Shown: positions 36,723 to 50,429, numbered from the stretch's first letter. The stretch is 64,000 bases of DNA from Octopus bimaculoides (GCF_001194135.2 NC_068983.1:115669942-115733941); one strand, 5' to 3'. Numbers and translations are program-made. The notes: generated from the letters alone by a model not told the origin.

Positions 36723-37055
36723 ATCATCATCGTCGTTTACCGTCCGCTTTCCATGCTAGCATGAGTTGGACGATTTGACTGAGGACTGGTGGACCAGGAG
36801 GCAACACCAGGCTCCAATCTGATTTGGCAGAGTTTCTACAGCTGGATGCCCTTCCTAACGCCAACCATTCCAAGAGTGTAGTGGGTGCTTTTACGTGCCA
36901 CTGGCACAAGGGCCAGTCAGCAGGTACTGGCGACGGCCACGCTTGAAATGGTGTATTTTACATGCCACCTACACAGGAGCCAGTCCATTGGCACTGGTAA
37001 CGATCTGGCTCAAATTTCTTTTCACGTGCCACTGGCACAAGTGCCAGGAAGGCGA
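36723..37055 (-). mobile_element. RTE 3'-end copy
   Basis: Same family; contains gtgccactggcac modules. Confidence 0.8.
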
Positions 37056-38639
37056 CATATATAAAATATATACTTTATTGCGTGTGTGTGTGTGTATTTT
37101 GTTTGTTAATTGACTATTCTGGAGCAATAAATGTAAGCTCAGAAATTGGTAACCATCAGGTCAGTGTTTGAATGATATATTAGGACACGATGATGATGAT
37201 GATGATGATATAATAATTAACATATCACTCAATCTCAGCCAGAAATGGCATCTACCCAATACTGCTGGTCTGTAGAGTTCTTACTAGAAGCTTTCAGTAC
37301 ATTCAGGCCTGCTCCTGTTACCAGACTCTCCATCAACACCAGACTTGCCATATTGCAGAAGAGAACTGCTCAGTGAAAATTTATTTGGTATTGAAGGTGT
37401 GCATTTTCCAGTATCACTGTCTATGAACAGACAGATCCATTGGAAAAAGTGAACAAAATCTCCAAAGTGCAGGAAAGCCAGTCTGTTGGAAACTGCTTCA
37501 AGCAGTTCACTCAGGTCCAAAAACAAAGTCCCATCCAGATAAGGGAAGTCAATGTTGTGTAAAGGGCAATAACTACAATATTAATTTAATTCCTTTGTAA
37601 ATCATGGAACAAGTCACATTAATATCACAAGTCTACACCAATGCAGTCATCTTTTTTTGCATTGAATGATGGATTTAATATCTTCAGCTGCTTTCTCAGC
37701 CTAATTGCTCATTAGTTTTTGTATAAGTTAATGTACATCCAACATATGTCTAACACATTTCTCTTCACTCATTGCAGACTTTCTGCCCATGTCTCAATCT
37801 ATTCTTTATGTCCCAATCTATTTTATTCATGTGTCACAATCTATTCTTTAAAGAGAAAAAAGCTCTGTGATGCCAAGAAAAGTCACAGCTAGCTGAATTT
37901 TCTTTACATTTTGGGTCCTATCACCATTTTGTAACTTTAAGTTACTTTGATGAGTGGTTCTCAAACTAATTCCAACTCCACTTCGCCCCCAAATAGTAAA
38001 TCCCTTCCCACACACACATCCTTATTGATGAGTGGACAGAAGAGTGTTTAAAATCATCTTAATTTTATTAATTATGGCAGTTAGTTCCCTACTGTCTTGT
38101 AGATAAGTCTAAAAAGACATATGCCAACTGGGTACACCCTAAGAGAAAAGCAGGCTGTGGCAATCAACCTTGTCTAGTGGCTTTGCTACTCACTCCCACC
38201 TTGAGAAGGGTCAGGAAAAGTGACTTAAAAAATCATCCATTCAGCTCAATTTCACGACTGAAAACTGTCAGTTTTCAAAGTAGCAGCTGCAAAATACTAT
38301 ACTACTCAGGCTTGTCTCATAGAACATGCAAACACTGCATGATGTTGATAATTCAACAAACTGACCTGAGCATTGAATGACCCTCATAACCAGGGAAATG
38401 AAGTACAGCAGCATAGATGTTGCAGAACTCAGTGCTCCTAGGATTTTTGGAGGAGGTTCTCTTAATAAGATTGATTAAGACTTGGAAGGGCTACCCCTAG
38501 GATAGACATCACCAACATGTCATTGTGAGGAACAGTTTGCTATGTAAACTAACTGAGCCACTGAGTGGCTAATGTTGCTGTTTTTCCCTTGCTGTTATAT
38601 CATGCTCATGATAGATGCTCTGGATTGCAAAGTAGTGTG

Positions 38640-38970
38640 TCAAGATGAATAAAGATGTTATGAACTAAGGCATATAGAAAGGTGCTCTACTCAGTGACTG
38701 ATGTAACAATATATTCATCAAATTTCAAAGGCAAAGAATATGCTCTTAAAAGATACAAATCTAAGGGTATCAAGCTGATGGATCGACCTCTGAAATTAAC
38801 AAAATGATGGGATGCAGTTTAAATTTGCACTAGGTCAGCACACTACTGATGCTCTCTTCTGATGAGATAACTGCAAAGAAAAGTTTTTAGTTATGAGTAA
38901 GCTGCTCTATGTAGCACTTTTTTTCTTTTAGAGAATGCCTGCCTTTGATAAACCTAGAGTCAAGAGGTCT
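38640..38970 (+). mobile_element. Highly decayed RTE RT remnant
   Basis: 38724-38798 translates to FKGKEYALKRYKSKGIKLMDRPLKL, compared with YKGKGDTLDTNNYRSIKLLDQVMKV in the RTE at about 59735. Confidence 0.55.
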
Positions 38971-41441
38971 CAGAGGTAAACTTAGTTTTAGTAAATAGGA
39001 AAGAAGACAAATCTCTGATGTCATTATGAAAATGGCTATGCTTCTGTAAAAGCATTAAAGGCAGATTGATTGTGAACAAAGACTCTGTGGCAGATAAACA
39101 GGAGTAGTTAGTAGTCAGAGCATCAATAAAATAAATTCCTTGCGATGTTCAGAAAGGCTCTGTAGTAGTTGATAGTTTATTGCCTACTTAATCAACCATG
39201 GCAGAGGATGTTCTGAAGCATAGAAACCAGAGTAAGAATAGAGTGGGGACAATTTAGTGAGTTATTAATTCTCTGACAACAAGAGGATTCTCTCTTCATG
39301 AAATGGAATTGTATGATGCTTGTATATGTATTGCAAACATAGGAAAGAAGACATAAAATAAGGATGATGATGATGATACATGTACACACACGTGAGAGTG
39401 ACAGATGTAGGCATGTATACATTTTCATCCATTATAAATACAAGGAGAAAACTTTTATTTATTCAGTCAATAATAAACCAATCTATGGTTGGCCAGAAGG
39501 CTTCACTGGACTGTAATTATTGCCAAAGTAGTCTAAATCAGCACATTTACTATATTTATTAGAAACACAAACAGTTCATTAACAAAAAAAAACTATTGAA
39601 ATTCTGAAAGAAAATTTGAAAAAGTACATCATGAATGCATATGTGTGGGAATCATTGGCAATTAACCAACCCAAGTGAAAACAAAACATAAATGATGGAA
39701 GCCACTACTTCAACATAACATGAAATATTTATCTTGGTAATAAATATGAGAAAAGAAAGCAGTACAATGTGGTCAACATAACATTTGTTCTCCTATAAAT
39801 GTCCAGCCATCAATTATACTTGTGGATCCCATTTAACCTGCAGAGTTACAAGTGAATCTACAGAAGTTAAATGTGAAAAACTAGCATTGTCCCCACTAAG
39901 AGGGATTGCTAACAATGAGAATACAACGCTTAATTTACCTATCACAATACTTATGAGAGCTTTTAAATATTAAAATAAATTCACACTAACTATTCTTTTA
40001 ATAATATATATATTCCTTTAAACCTTATCAATCATCATCATCATCAATGCAATCAAAGACAACCTTTGTAGTATTGTTCACTTTTTAGAAATAGCAATCA
40101 GATCTCCATTGAATCATAGCTTACCATCTTAAAAAAAAAAATTGCTAAAACAGACAGGATGGTGACTTCCAGAATGACTTTAATCATAAGTCAGCTTGAC
40201 CTAAGTAAACCTGGAGATAAACAAGACTATTATAAACCCTGTTGTTAAATTCATTTAAGCAACTCCAACGCTTAGGCAATTAGATTTAATATCAGAATTT
40301 TTTAGAAATCAAATGAAATGTATTTGATCTGTGACTGAACAACAAATATAGGATTACATTTCAAACAGAATGAAACCAAAGTGAAATACAAAGAGGATCA
40401 AAACAGAAGTAATCAGGATTCAAATTCTTTTTGCATCATTAGTGATACTATAACAAGTGGTGAGTAAATGAGGAAAATATGGAAATCTATAAATGATATA
40501 GATGTGAGATTGAATCTGGTGAGCGATGATTTATTCCCCATTATAAAATACAATGATTGCCATACATGAAATGAAATAACATAACAGGCTACAACAAGGA
40601 TGTGTGAGAGACTTTATGGTTAGGCTGTACTGTTGATCTTGTAGATGTAGTTGACATGCTGTTTGGTGGTGTTTAGAGGCAGCTGTTGGTTGTGTAATGT
40701 TTATACAGTAATGATGTGGATAGGCATTTGGTGGAGAAGATGAAAGCGGAGACTGCCTGGTGTCAGACACATTGTTGCCGGAGATGAGTTGCTTGTGGTC
40801 AGTGGCATGTGCCAAAGACCTAGAGCAGTTGAGAACTGCCATTCTTATAGAGATCAGTAGGCTCCCAGGAGCTGGTGATTAATTTCCCGTGTAAGGAAAA
40901 ATGAACTGTTGCACCAACACGATTAGACAGCTGAGAACTGACCAATACAAACAACAGGTTCGTTTAATCTCGAGGTCATGTGACCTACTGGAACAAAAAA
41001 GGTTCTGGAGCCAATATTCAGGTATTCAAGCCTAGATGAGTCAAAACGAAACTATAATGACAGCGTAAATCACTTCTGCTATAATACCTTTGTGTAATAA
41101 TTTTATGTCACATAATCTTTATGAAATCCCAAGATGAATTTACAAACGTGAAGCAAAAATTGTGTTTTAATAACTTAATTAGAAAATTAAAGAACTTTCA
41201 CTAATTGATTGACTCCACCTGAAATACTGGAATATCAACATTTGTAAGGAATGTTTAATCACAAAATAATTTGCCCAACTTGAAATTATTGGTTGTCACT
41301 GCCATCATTATTTAGCTATAAATCAGTTGTTTGAGCAAGCCTATAATCAAAATTATTCCAGCTTTACCTTAAAGTAGTAGGACTAACACATTGCTTTGTT
41401 TAACATCATCACCTGGTGCTTCGGTGCTTTTAACAAAGTTC

Positions 41442-41727
41442 ACTCTGTTCCACACAAAAATGAAAATAACACTGACATCTCATTTTAACAGATATGTTTA
41501 CCAAAATTACATTAAAATATCTTGAAATACTAGAGTAAATTTCGTCATCATCATCATCGTCGTTTAACGTCCGCTTTCCATGCTAGCATGGAAAGCGAAC
41601 GTTAAACAACGATGATGATGATGACGAAATTTACTCTAGTATTTCAAGATATTTTTATGTAATTTTGGTAAATATATCTGTTAAAATGAGATGTCAGTGT
41701 TATTTTCATTTTTGTGTGGAACAGAGT
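41442..41727. repeat. 286-bp spacerless palindrome (143-bp arms, 4 mismatches)
   Basis: Manual base-by-base comparison; the centre lies between 41584 and 41585 within ccatgct|agcatgg. Confidence 0.95.
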
Positions 41728-42457
41728 TTTCTTCAATAAAATTTCCATTGGCTTCAACCATGGGCTCTAGATGACTTTGGAATCTTCTGCAACTCTTCTG
41801 GGTGGGCTCCTTACATTAGTGAGAGCTGCCATAATCCTTGCCATCAGTTCATCTTTGGTGTTACAAGGAGTTTTGTTGGTCTCTTGCTCAACTACACCCT
41901 ACACATAATAATCAAGGGGTTTGCAGTCTCGGGAGTTAGGTGGCCAGATGTTAGGGGTGATGTGGTCACAGAAATTGTCTGACAGCCATGACTGGGTTCT
42001 CCTGCTTGTGAGGCATAGTGCAGAGTCCTGTTGCCAGACACAGTGTCTTCCAGCAGCCACCCAGGGTAGCACTACCTCCTCCAGTCACTTGATGTAGGCC
42101 TCTGTGTTGAATCTGAGGTCTTGTGGGAAGATGAATGAAAGCATAACGTCGCCATCACTAGAGTTCACTCCAAACACCATGATGTTGACTGGATGTTTGA
42201 TTTTTATCACTCTTGTTACATGTCCTCAGATTGCACTTTCCTTAGATTGACACCCATACACTCTGAAATGCTCATATTGGAGCTTCCAGCATGAATGTCA
42301 AGCAGTACAGCATGTTGTTTCTAAATTTCTGGCAGAGTGAATAGTGTCATGGTGCTGTTTTTTTTTACAGACAGTGCCCAGTTGACCCTACTATATTGTG
42401 TAGTTGACAAAATCAAAAACAAGCAATGTGCCGACAATTTACCCATTGTACCCTGTA
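41728..42457 (-). mobile_element. Tc1/mariner-superfamily transposon remnant (internally deleted, one end preserved)
   Basis: The minus strand gives KHPVNIMVFGVNSSDGDVM, VWQQDSA, NFCDHITPNIWPPNSRDCKPLDYYV; the terminus TA-CAGGGTAC at 42457 adjoins a (TA)n tract; contains stops. Confidence 0.85.
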
Positions 42458-42829
42458 TGTATATATATATATATATATATATATNNNNNNNNNNNNNNNN
42501 NNNNNNNNNNNNNNNNNNNNNNNNNNNNNNNNNNNNNNNNNNNNNNNNNNNNNNNNNNNNNNNNNNNNNNNNNNNNNNNNNNNNNCTTAGAGGAGATTGG
42601 GCAGTGTTTATGTCTCTTTTCAGGATTTCTAGCACTGACAAGAGGAAGGGAGAAAGTCATCCTTAATCCAAAGACTTACAACAGAGTGGACTTCACTAAA
42701 GGCAGCTTTGAAACAATGAACTGAAATAAAAGTAAGACAGAATTATGCGGAATAGAAGTGGGTAAAAAGTAAAAGAGCAGAATATTATAGAAAGTGAACA
42801 GTGTGATACCATGTTGATAGTTAGTTAGT

Positions 42830-42862
<33 letters not shown>

Positions 42863-43606
42863 AGAGAGAGAAAGAAAGACAAAATTTGATACAAAGGAGT
42901 AAATTTTTAAATAAAAGTTATTAAAAGGAAATGTAAATCTAAAATTAAGATAAACATAAATTGATGTAAAAATTAATCCTTCTTGATTCTAATCTGGTTA
43001 TATTTCTGATAATATAATTAATATATAAGTATAATACCAGTACATTATTATCCTGGTAGTGGTTATAGTCAGTGGAACTGGAAAAGATATGTAAGGAAAG
43101 AATACATTTGACAGCTGACTAAAAGACTTATTTCAAATATTATTTCCAGAAACAATAAAAAAGTGATAAAGTAATCTTTATATTTTAGGAAATTAAAAAT
43201 CTGATTAACTGTTAGATGATGATTTAGTCTGCCAGCCTTTGCAGCATTGCACACATAACACAAATAAACAAAAACTTTAAATATAGAAATTTAAGCCTAC
43301 AGAATTCTGCTATTTACAGTATCTTCTATTCAATATATTTGATGCTCCAGATGAATGCATTAATTCAATGAAGATCTTGCAGTTATTGATTCTACAGTTA
43401 ATTTTAAACCAGGAGACATATAAAGCTTTTAACATTTTCCTAAATGATTTTTACCAACTAAAAAGTAACAAAATCTTAAAATGATCTTGGGTACTGATTA
43501 CAAATATTCAATACATTTAGGCCTATTATTTTATATTTTGATACTTCCTGGTAATGCGTAAGCTATTGAATGACTTTCTGAGCCATAGGGAACCTAGACA
43601 GTCCTA

Positions 43607-43650
43607 TCTTTATATAAAACTAGCAGCTAAGCCCGGTTTCACCCGGTCAG
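43607..43650. mobile_element. Helitron-like termini (minus-strand hairpin plus CTAG 3' end abutting a TCTTTATATAAAA 5'-like end)
   Basis: Minus strand: ccgggt-gaa-accgg hairpin, 9 nt, CTAG, then T. Very short match. Confidence 0.4.
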
Positions 43651-46607
43651 AGAACGATGCGAAGAAAGAAATGAAGACATAAAAAGAGAGGACAGCAAAT
43701 TGTCAAAGGTCTTGATCACTTATCATTGCCTCCATGAGACTCAACATCTGAAGATCATGCTTCACCACGTTACCCTGGAGTTTCCTGAATCTACTTCTTC
43801 CACAGGTTCCCTCCATAGTTTGGAATTTAAAGTCCTATCTAACAGATTGTAGTAAGAAGAGGTTTATACTAAACTTTTTTTTTAGCTTTTATGCCTCAGT
43901 ATGGCCATAGCTTTAGGGCTGAAATGTATAAAAGAATAAAAGAATTTCCAAAATATTTTTTCATTCATTGCCAAAATCAAAAGCAATACAGTCCTGATTG
44001 TTGTTGTTGTTGTTTGGCACTACCAAAATCTACAGACATACAGAAGTAGATTGGACAGGGGAGTGTAATATGTCGTATCTGTCATGCAGCACTTCATATG
44101 ATTCATTATAGCATGAGAGATCGAGCAGTATGTTCCTTATCAAAGTAGGGACATAATATAACCAGGGAGATGGTTCAGCAGGTCAGGTCAAACTTTGCCA
44201 TTCAGCTGACTAAATGATATAAGACTGTTCCATCAGGATTGAAAGAAAGCTATACAACAATACCACCTATAAAAAAGTATAGAAACGTTTTTTTTTTTTT
44301 TTGAGAAGAAAAGAATTGTCTCAGTCACAGAATGTTACTTGAAAATCAAATTGTTAATATATTATTTGTAGTGAAGTCCCTAGAATTTCACACAGTCGAG
44401 TATATCAAGAATTAACTTATTAACCAAGAAATAATTGCTTTATATCCCATCACTAGTATCACGCAATGTCCTTCAGAAACATGGCTCAGTCCATATCTTG
44501 TAAATAGGTACCATGAGAAGTAATATTTCACTCCTATAGGACATGAGTACTATTGATGACCATTTATTGTATTACATTTAGAAAATTGCAATTATCTTTT
44601 CTAATCTGGTAATGCTAAATAATCATAACTTAGTGCTGAACTACAATAAAGGGTTTGTAGCATAATATTTTTGTTAGACCAACCGAACAGTTTCAGGTAG
44701 GATTATTTGCTTAGTAAGAATAATCAAGATTTTCACAGCAGCAAATATCTTACAAACTATTCAAGAAAAAAATTCATTAAGGAAATTAATTTTCTGACAC
44801 TTTACAAATGATCATTAAAACATTATCTGGGGAGAAGAAATTACAAGTTATCTTTATTTGAGGAAAGGATCTGTAGATGATTAATAATAATGTTAACCTT
44901 AGTATATTTTTTAAACTGTGTTAGTTTCTAATTAAATTCATAGTGAAGAGAGCTAGCGTTAACTCATGTACTTAAAGAAACATTAATATTTCTTTTCATA
45001 GTTATCCATTCTTTTACAGAAAATTTTGCTTTCCTTAGTTTGTAAGTGAACAAAGGCTGGTTGAGTCACTTAGTAAAGTTAGTCAGTCACTTAGTTAGTC
45101 AACTGTCTCCTGTCACTAGCATTATGTAGTCTCCATGGCCAAGACTTTCACTGCTTCAGTCTGAGTAAGTATCATGAATAATATAATTATTGCACTAAGA
45201 AACTGCAGTAGATTTGTAAAACTGACAAATGATTTGGGGGGACTTAAAATAGCAAGGACAATTACCTCACCTTTATATATTCTTAGGAAAAGCTACCAGT
45301 GATAGACTGGAGTCCTATCTCGAAGAAAGTTTCCCATCTACTTTTCAACACAGAAACTGAACAAAAGCATCAGCCCAATGGAGTCCTATAATTTCTGCTC
45401 TATATTACATCCATTTTTGCATGGGTGGAGAGGTTCATGCAAATTTGAATATTGGTTTTTAATGCCTTTCCTATTTCTTATCATTTAGTTATGAAGCAGA
45501 CATGGAACCTATTAGTAAAGTGAGGCAAGCAATGATATGCATTGCTGCAATTTTAAAACTGGTTACTTTTCTGACCACAAACCTGTCAACTGTGGAATAT
45601 GTATGAAGCCGGTTGTCAATCAGGCAAACTGAAGTAAGCAAAATTATGCGTAGCTCGATTTTTACAATTCTATGACTTTCATACATTTATCTCCTCAAGA
45701 AATGAAGTTGGCATGAACAAGTTATTATCATTCAGGCAAACCAAGGCAATTGAATATGTGACTTGAAAAATATGACCATGCAGCCAAAACTATCTTAAAT
45801 CTTAATTCATTGCAATTATCACTACTTAAAATGAAATGATATTTATTCTTTTTAAATAAGCCACCATTTCATACTTGTCCGATCATCCACTTCAGACAAA
45901 TGAGGTAAAGACACTAGATAAAACATAGCTTTGTTTAAAAAGTCCTTGTGAATTGCTGATCAATATTTCATGGCTAAAAATAAATATAGTGCAAGACAAT
46001 GGAGTTCATTCATTATATATGAGATGAAACTGAAATATATGCTGTTTCAGACTGAATTACAAGGATGTAAAGACAAAAAGAAAAAAATACAAAGAAAGTA
46101 TAATGTTATACAATGAATGAATAGTCACTGAAAGATAAGTGGGGTTTTTTTTATCAGAAGGCGGTTGTTTCTAGTATTTCATGACACCAGAAATAAACCA
46201 GGAGAGTTCAAGTTATAATAAAGTAAAACAACAGGGGTTTAACTAACACTGTTTTATAGCTAAGAAAGCAAGGTAGACAACTCTGAACCTTTGCACTTGA
46301 CAGATTTCATCAGTGGAAATACAACTTTTGCCATTGCATGCCTGCATCGCAATAACTAGCTTGCTGTACAGAAAGGTTTGTTATGAAACGAGTAGAGCTA
46401 GTGAATGAGATTAATTAATAATATAATAGTAATGGAGGTTTTAAAATAAAAGGGATTTAATTATTTCCAATGGTTTCAATATTAAAAGTAGCCACAGTAG
46501 TAGGGTTAAAGACAGTAATTAGGAAAATATTTGTTGTTTATCTAACAGTGTTCTTAACCAAAAGAACATCTATAAATAGTTGTGGGTTATTTATTTTAAT
46601 AAGTTAA

Positions 46608-46827
46608 TTAACCCTTTAACATTCAGATTACAATGTCAAATAAAATACTTGCTTACTCATATTGTTTTGAATTAATCATGCATTATCTCATAGCTTTCAA
46701 TAATGTGATTGTTTATTTTTAGAATGACATTCTAGGGTAGGTGTGAGAGGCCATCTCTGGCCAGTTTGAACATAAAACAGATAGAATATTTGGGCCAGAT
46801 ATGGTCAGCTTAAATGTGAAAGGGTTA
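46608..46827. mobile_element. piggyBac-type MITE, reverse orientation relative to the 11632 copy
   Basis: TTAA-CCCTTT...AAGGG-TTAC; the internal sequence is the reverse complement of the 11632 copy. Confidence 0.75.
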
Positions 46828-47639
46828 CTGTTAATCAAAGAAAGAACATCAGTGGCTATGACAGTTTCAGCTCCAAGCATCACACTTGTGAGATCAATAT
46901 CATTTATGTTTAGTTTGAATATCTGTTTTTCAACGACTGGAGGAAAGGAAGAGAATTTGTTGTGTTGGAGTGAAATGAAGCAAATATGTTGCACAGGGAG
47001 GTGAGACACAGTCAAAATAATGGAAAGAAGAGAGGAAGGGGTGTTCAGTGAGCATGGGTGGAGGAGGTAAGTAGTTAGCTTGTTTAGAGGAGTCCAGACA
47101 ATGGTTATAGTAAGGGGTAATGGTAGTAGATGGAGAAGAGAGAGAAAGATAGTTAAGAGTGAGATAGTAGTTGAAGCAAGAGGTGGTGGCATTAAAAGGA
47201 GAAGAAAGGTAAGAGTACATCTGTGGGACAGTGGTTGTATAAGAGATAGTAGTAGAATAAGAGAGATGGGTAGCTAAGTGTACTTCTATGAGACACTGGT
47301 TGAAGAGAGAAGTGGGAGCAAAATAAGAGAAGTTAAGAGTACATCTCTGAGATATGGTTGTAAAGTGGGTAATCTGTGATTTTTCATCATTTTTAAAGAA
47401 ATGGACAGGAATAAATAAATATTATCTGGTAACGAGAGTAAATGCCGAATGTTAACAGGAGTAACTGTTGAATGTTAGCAGGAGTAAATATATGCAAACA
47501 GTTGTTAATGCATGTTAACCTGAGTAAATGTTGACTGCTAACTTGTGTAAGTGTATGTTAACTGAAATAAATATTGTCTGTTAGCACAAATAAATGCTGT
47601 GGGTCATTAGCAAATGTTGAACATTAACAAGAGCAAATG

Positions 47640-47800
47640 GTGCATGTTAATGATGTTGATGATGGTGGTGGTGGTGACAACAGTGGTGGTAGCAGTGGCG
47701 GCAATAATGATAATGGCAACAGCAGCAGAGCTGGTGATGATGATGAGGATGGTGATGATGATGGGGGTGGTGATGATGATGGAGGTAGTAGTGATGGCAA
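47640..47800. repeat. Compound trinucleotide low-complexity tract (GAT/GGT/GCA)
   Basis: Visible runs of gatgat, ggtggt and gcagca. Confidence 0.85.
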
Positions 47801-48166
47801 CTCACAAAAATAAGAAACATTGACTTTTTAAAAGTTGTTGACTTTTGGTTTGTCATTGCTAAATTACTCCTAAATGGAGAACAATAATGCTGTATGCTGA
47901 CGATAACAATATCAATACCACTTGGAATGGAATCTCAACAGATTCCATTCCAATGAACATAATGTTGACATTTCAAAGATGTCTTATCAAGCCACATCTT
48001 AAACAGTGCAGTCATGACTGTGTTTGAGAAGTTAACTTTGCAACTTGGTGGTTTCAGGATCAATCTTACTGTATGGCAGCCCCAGTGGGAAAATGTTTTC
48101 TAGCATTGCCTCACATCCACCAATGCCTTGTGAATCAAATTTGATAGATAGAAACTGTGCTGCAGA

Positions 48167-48399
48167 AGGGTGGCGAGCTTTCAGAAACGTTAGCATGCTG
48201 GGTGAAATGCTTAGTGGTATTTCGTCTGCCGTTACATTCTGAGTTCAAATTCCGCCGAGGTCGACTTTGCCTTTCATCCTTTCGGGGTCGATTAAATAAG
48301 TACCAGCTATGCACTGGGGTCGATATAATTGACTTAATTCGTTTGTCTGTCCTTGTTTGTCCCCTCTGTGTGTAGCCCCTTGTGGGCAGTAAAGAAATA
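48167..48399 (+). mobile_element. SINE family C (long-tail variant), full length with 17-bp TSD
   Basis: Perfect TSD agaaactgtgctgcaga at 48150-48166 and 48400-48416. Confidence 0.9.
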
Positions 48400-49419
48400 A
48401 GAAACTGTGCTGCAGACACTCACTGGTTTGACCATTCTTGTTTTTGAGGTTGCAGTTTCAATCTGTCTCTTTTGGTTTAACACCATCACATGGTTTTTGA
48501 GTGTCTTTATCATCCACTTTATTCGTATTCTAGTCATGTCTCTGAGGAGAATTTCCTCATTTCCACTAGGTTTGGTAACCCTGTAAAATATCATGGATGC
48601 TACTGTTCCCCCTATGGAAACACAAAAAAAATAAAATCACTAAAGAGATAAAAAAAAAAATAGGAAAGCACTACTACAAAGTAATTACTGACAGCTATTA
48701 CTTAGTGTAAAAATCTCGTAGATTATTTTTCAGAGCACAGATGATGTTCCGATCCAAGTCAGCTCAAGCCAAGCAGATTTTATGACCAAAAGCATTCCAG
48801 CCATCACAATCTTATCTCTTTTTCTTAAAACACAGTGTACTTATGACAACTGAATGCATTCTTAATTTTTTTAAAGATTATAAGGTGTGATTTGAAAGAA
48901 ATTTGACTGTTATTTCTAGCAAGTCAAGTGACCACATGCAGCAGGAATTCCCAATCCTTTTTACATCATTGCCGACTTTCATATGAAAGAATTTCCTACC
49001 ACCCACCTGTATAGTAAATATTCAAAAGCATACCAATAACAAATTTTATAACTCTTACATAACAATAAAAATAACAGTTTTTGCTTTATAAGATTCTTTA
49101 TTTAAAGTAATGTAAAATTAGAACATCAATGCAACTTGAGTGGGGTGCAACACGAATAGTACAGACCCATTGGGCTTAAAATTATTCATCATTGACCACA
49201 AGTCACTTCACATGGATATCCAGCCTATTTCTCCTTTTAGATGACAAGGTATTAATTAATGTGGCTGAAGCCAGTTTCTACCAAGTAGGACATTGGGAAG
49301 GCAAGTAAAAATCAACTTTAAGTACTTCCATAGATTGGTATGTCACTATATTTTGATGATACCACAAGCCATTTTTACTGTGAAGCAGATATTGCATTGT
49401 GACATCATTGTTATCATCA

Positions 49420-50092
49420 TCATCAACACTTAACATCCATTTTCCATGCTGGCATGGCTTGGATGGTTTGACATAGCTCCAATTGTCTGTTGTGGCATGG
49501 TTTCTATGATTGTAACACCAACCATTTTACAGTATGTGCTGAGTGCTTCTTACATGCCACCAGTGTGAGTGCATTTTATGTGGCTCTGACACCCACAAAA
49601 GACAAGCCTGTATGTATAGATGACAGCAACTTTACTTGGCTTGATGCATCTTCTCAAGTGCAGCAAATCGCTACAACTCTCAGTCCCTTGTCATTTCCTC
49701 AGTGAAGCCCAAGTCTTCCTGGGTCTACCCCTTCCACAGCTTCCCACCACAATTAGAGCTTGACACTTCTTTATGCATCTGTCCTCATCCATATGCATCA
49801 CATGACCAAACCAGTGCAGTCTTCTCTCTTGCACACAACATCTGATGCCTCTTGTACCCAGTTTTCCTCTTAAATCATTTACTCTCTGTCATGCACACTG
49901 ACATTACCCATCCAGTGGAGCAAGCTAGCTTCATTTCTTTGCAAGTCTTCTGTAGTCAAAGCCCATGTTTCACTGCCATGTAAAATTTGTATGTACACAG
50001 ACATCATATAATCCACCCTTTACTGGGGGAGAGGCCTTTAGTTACCAACAAAGGTAAGAAGCTCTCTGAACTTTGCCCAGCCCATTCTTATT
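49420..50092 (-). mobile_element. RTE 3' fragment
   Basis: Colinear with the 9525-10390 copy: (CAT)n tail, RT C-terminus, ending at ctctctgaactttgcccagcccattctta. Confidence 0.8.
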
Positions 50093-50429
50093 TCTCCTCC
50101 GTAAATCTAGTGATGATGATTTGAAACCAAACGGCTAGGTAGCTGGTCAAACATCACAATCAAACCCCAATAGTTTCATGTGATCGGTCTATTAAGCAAC
50201 CAGTCAGTGTCAAGCCATTGCATGATTCAATCTTCTAGAATCTTTTCCTTGTGCCCAGTAAAAGACAGTAATCCAGCTGATAAAGGATGACCGATAGTAG
50301 ACAGAAATTTTTTTCCCCACAAATATAGCGCAATTATTTTCTAGTTGTGATGAGCAAACTACATCAGTATCTTAATTGTAAATGCCAAGTAGTATGCCTC
50401 TCCCAGTTTGTAATTATTACTGTAAGTAT

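Noticed and set aside
37240-37560. 80-aa minus-strand ORF (37284-37526) and nearby GC-richer DNA as a second gene
   Set aside because: No recognisable domain, no splice signals fitting a model, and short open frames on both strands; probably decayed retroelement.
45271-45356. Minus-strand exon-like segment with good acceptor (ttttgttcag) and donor (gtgagg)
   Set aside because: All three frames contain stops and no partner exons were found. A non-coding exon cannot be excluded without RNA data.
47614-47856. Poly-His and poly-Met/Val ORFs
   Set aside because: Translations of a trinucleotide low-complexity tract with no exon boundaries.
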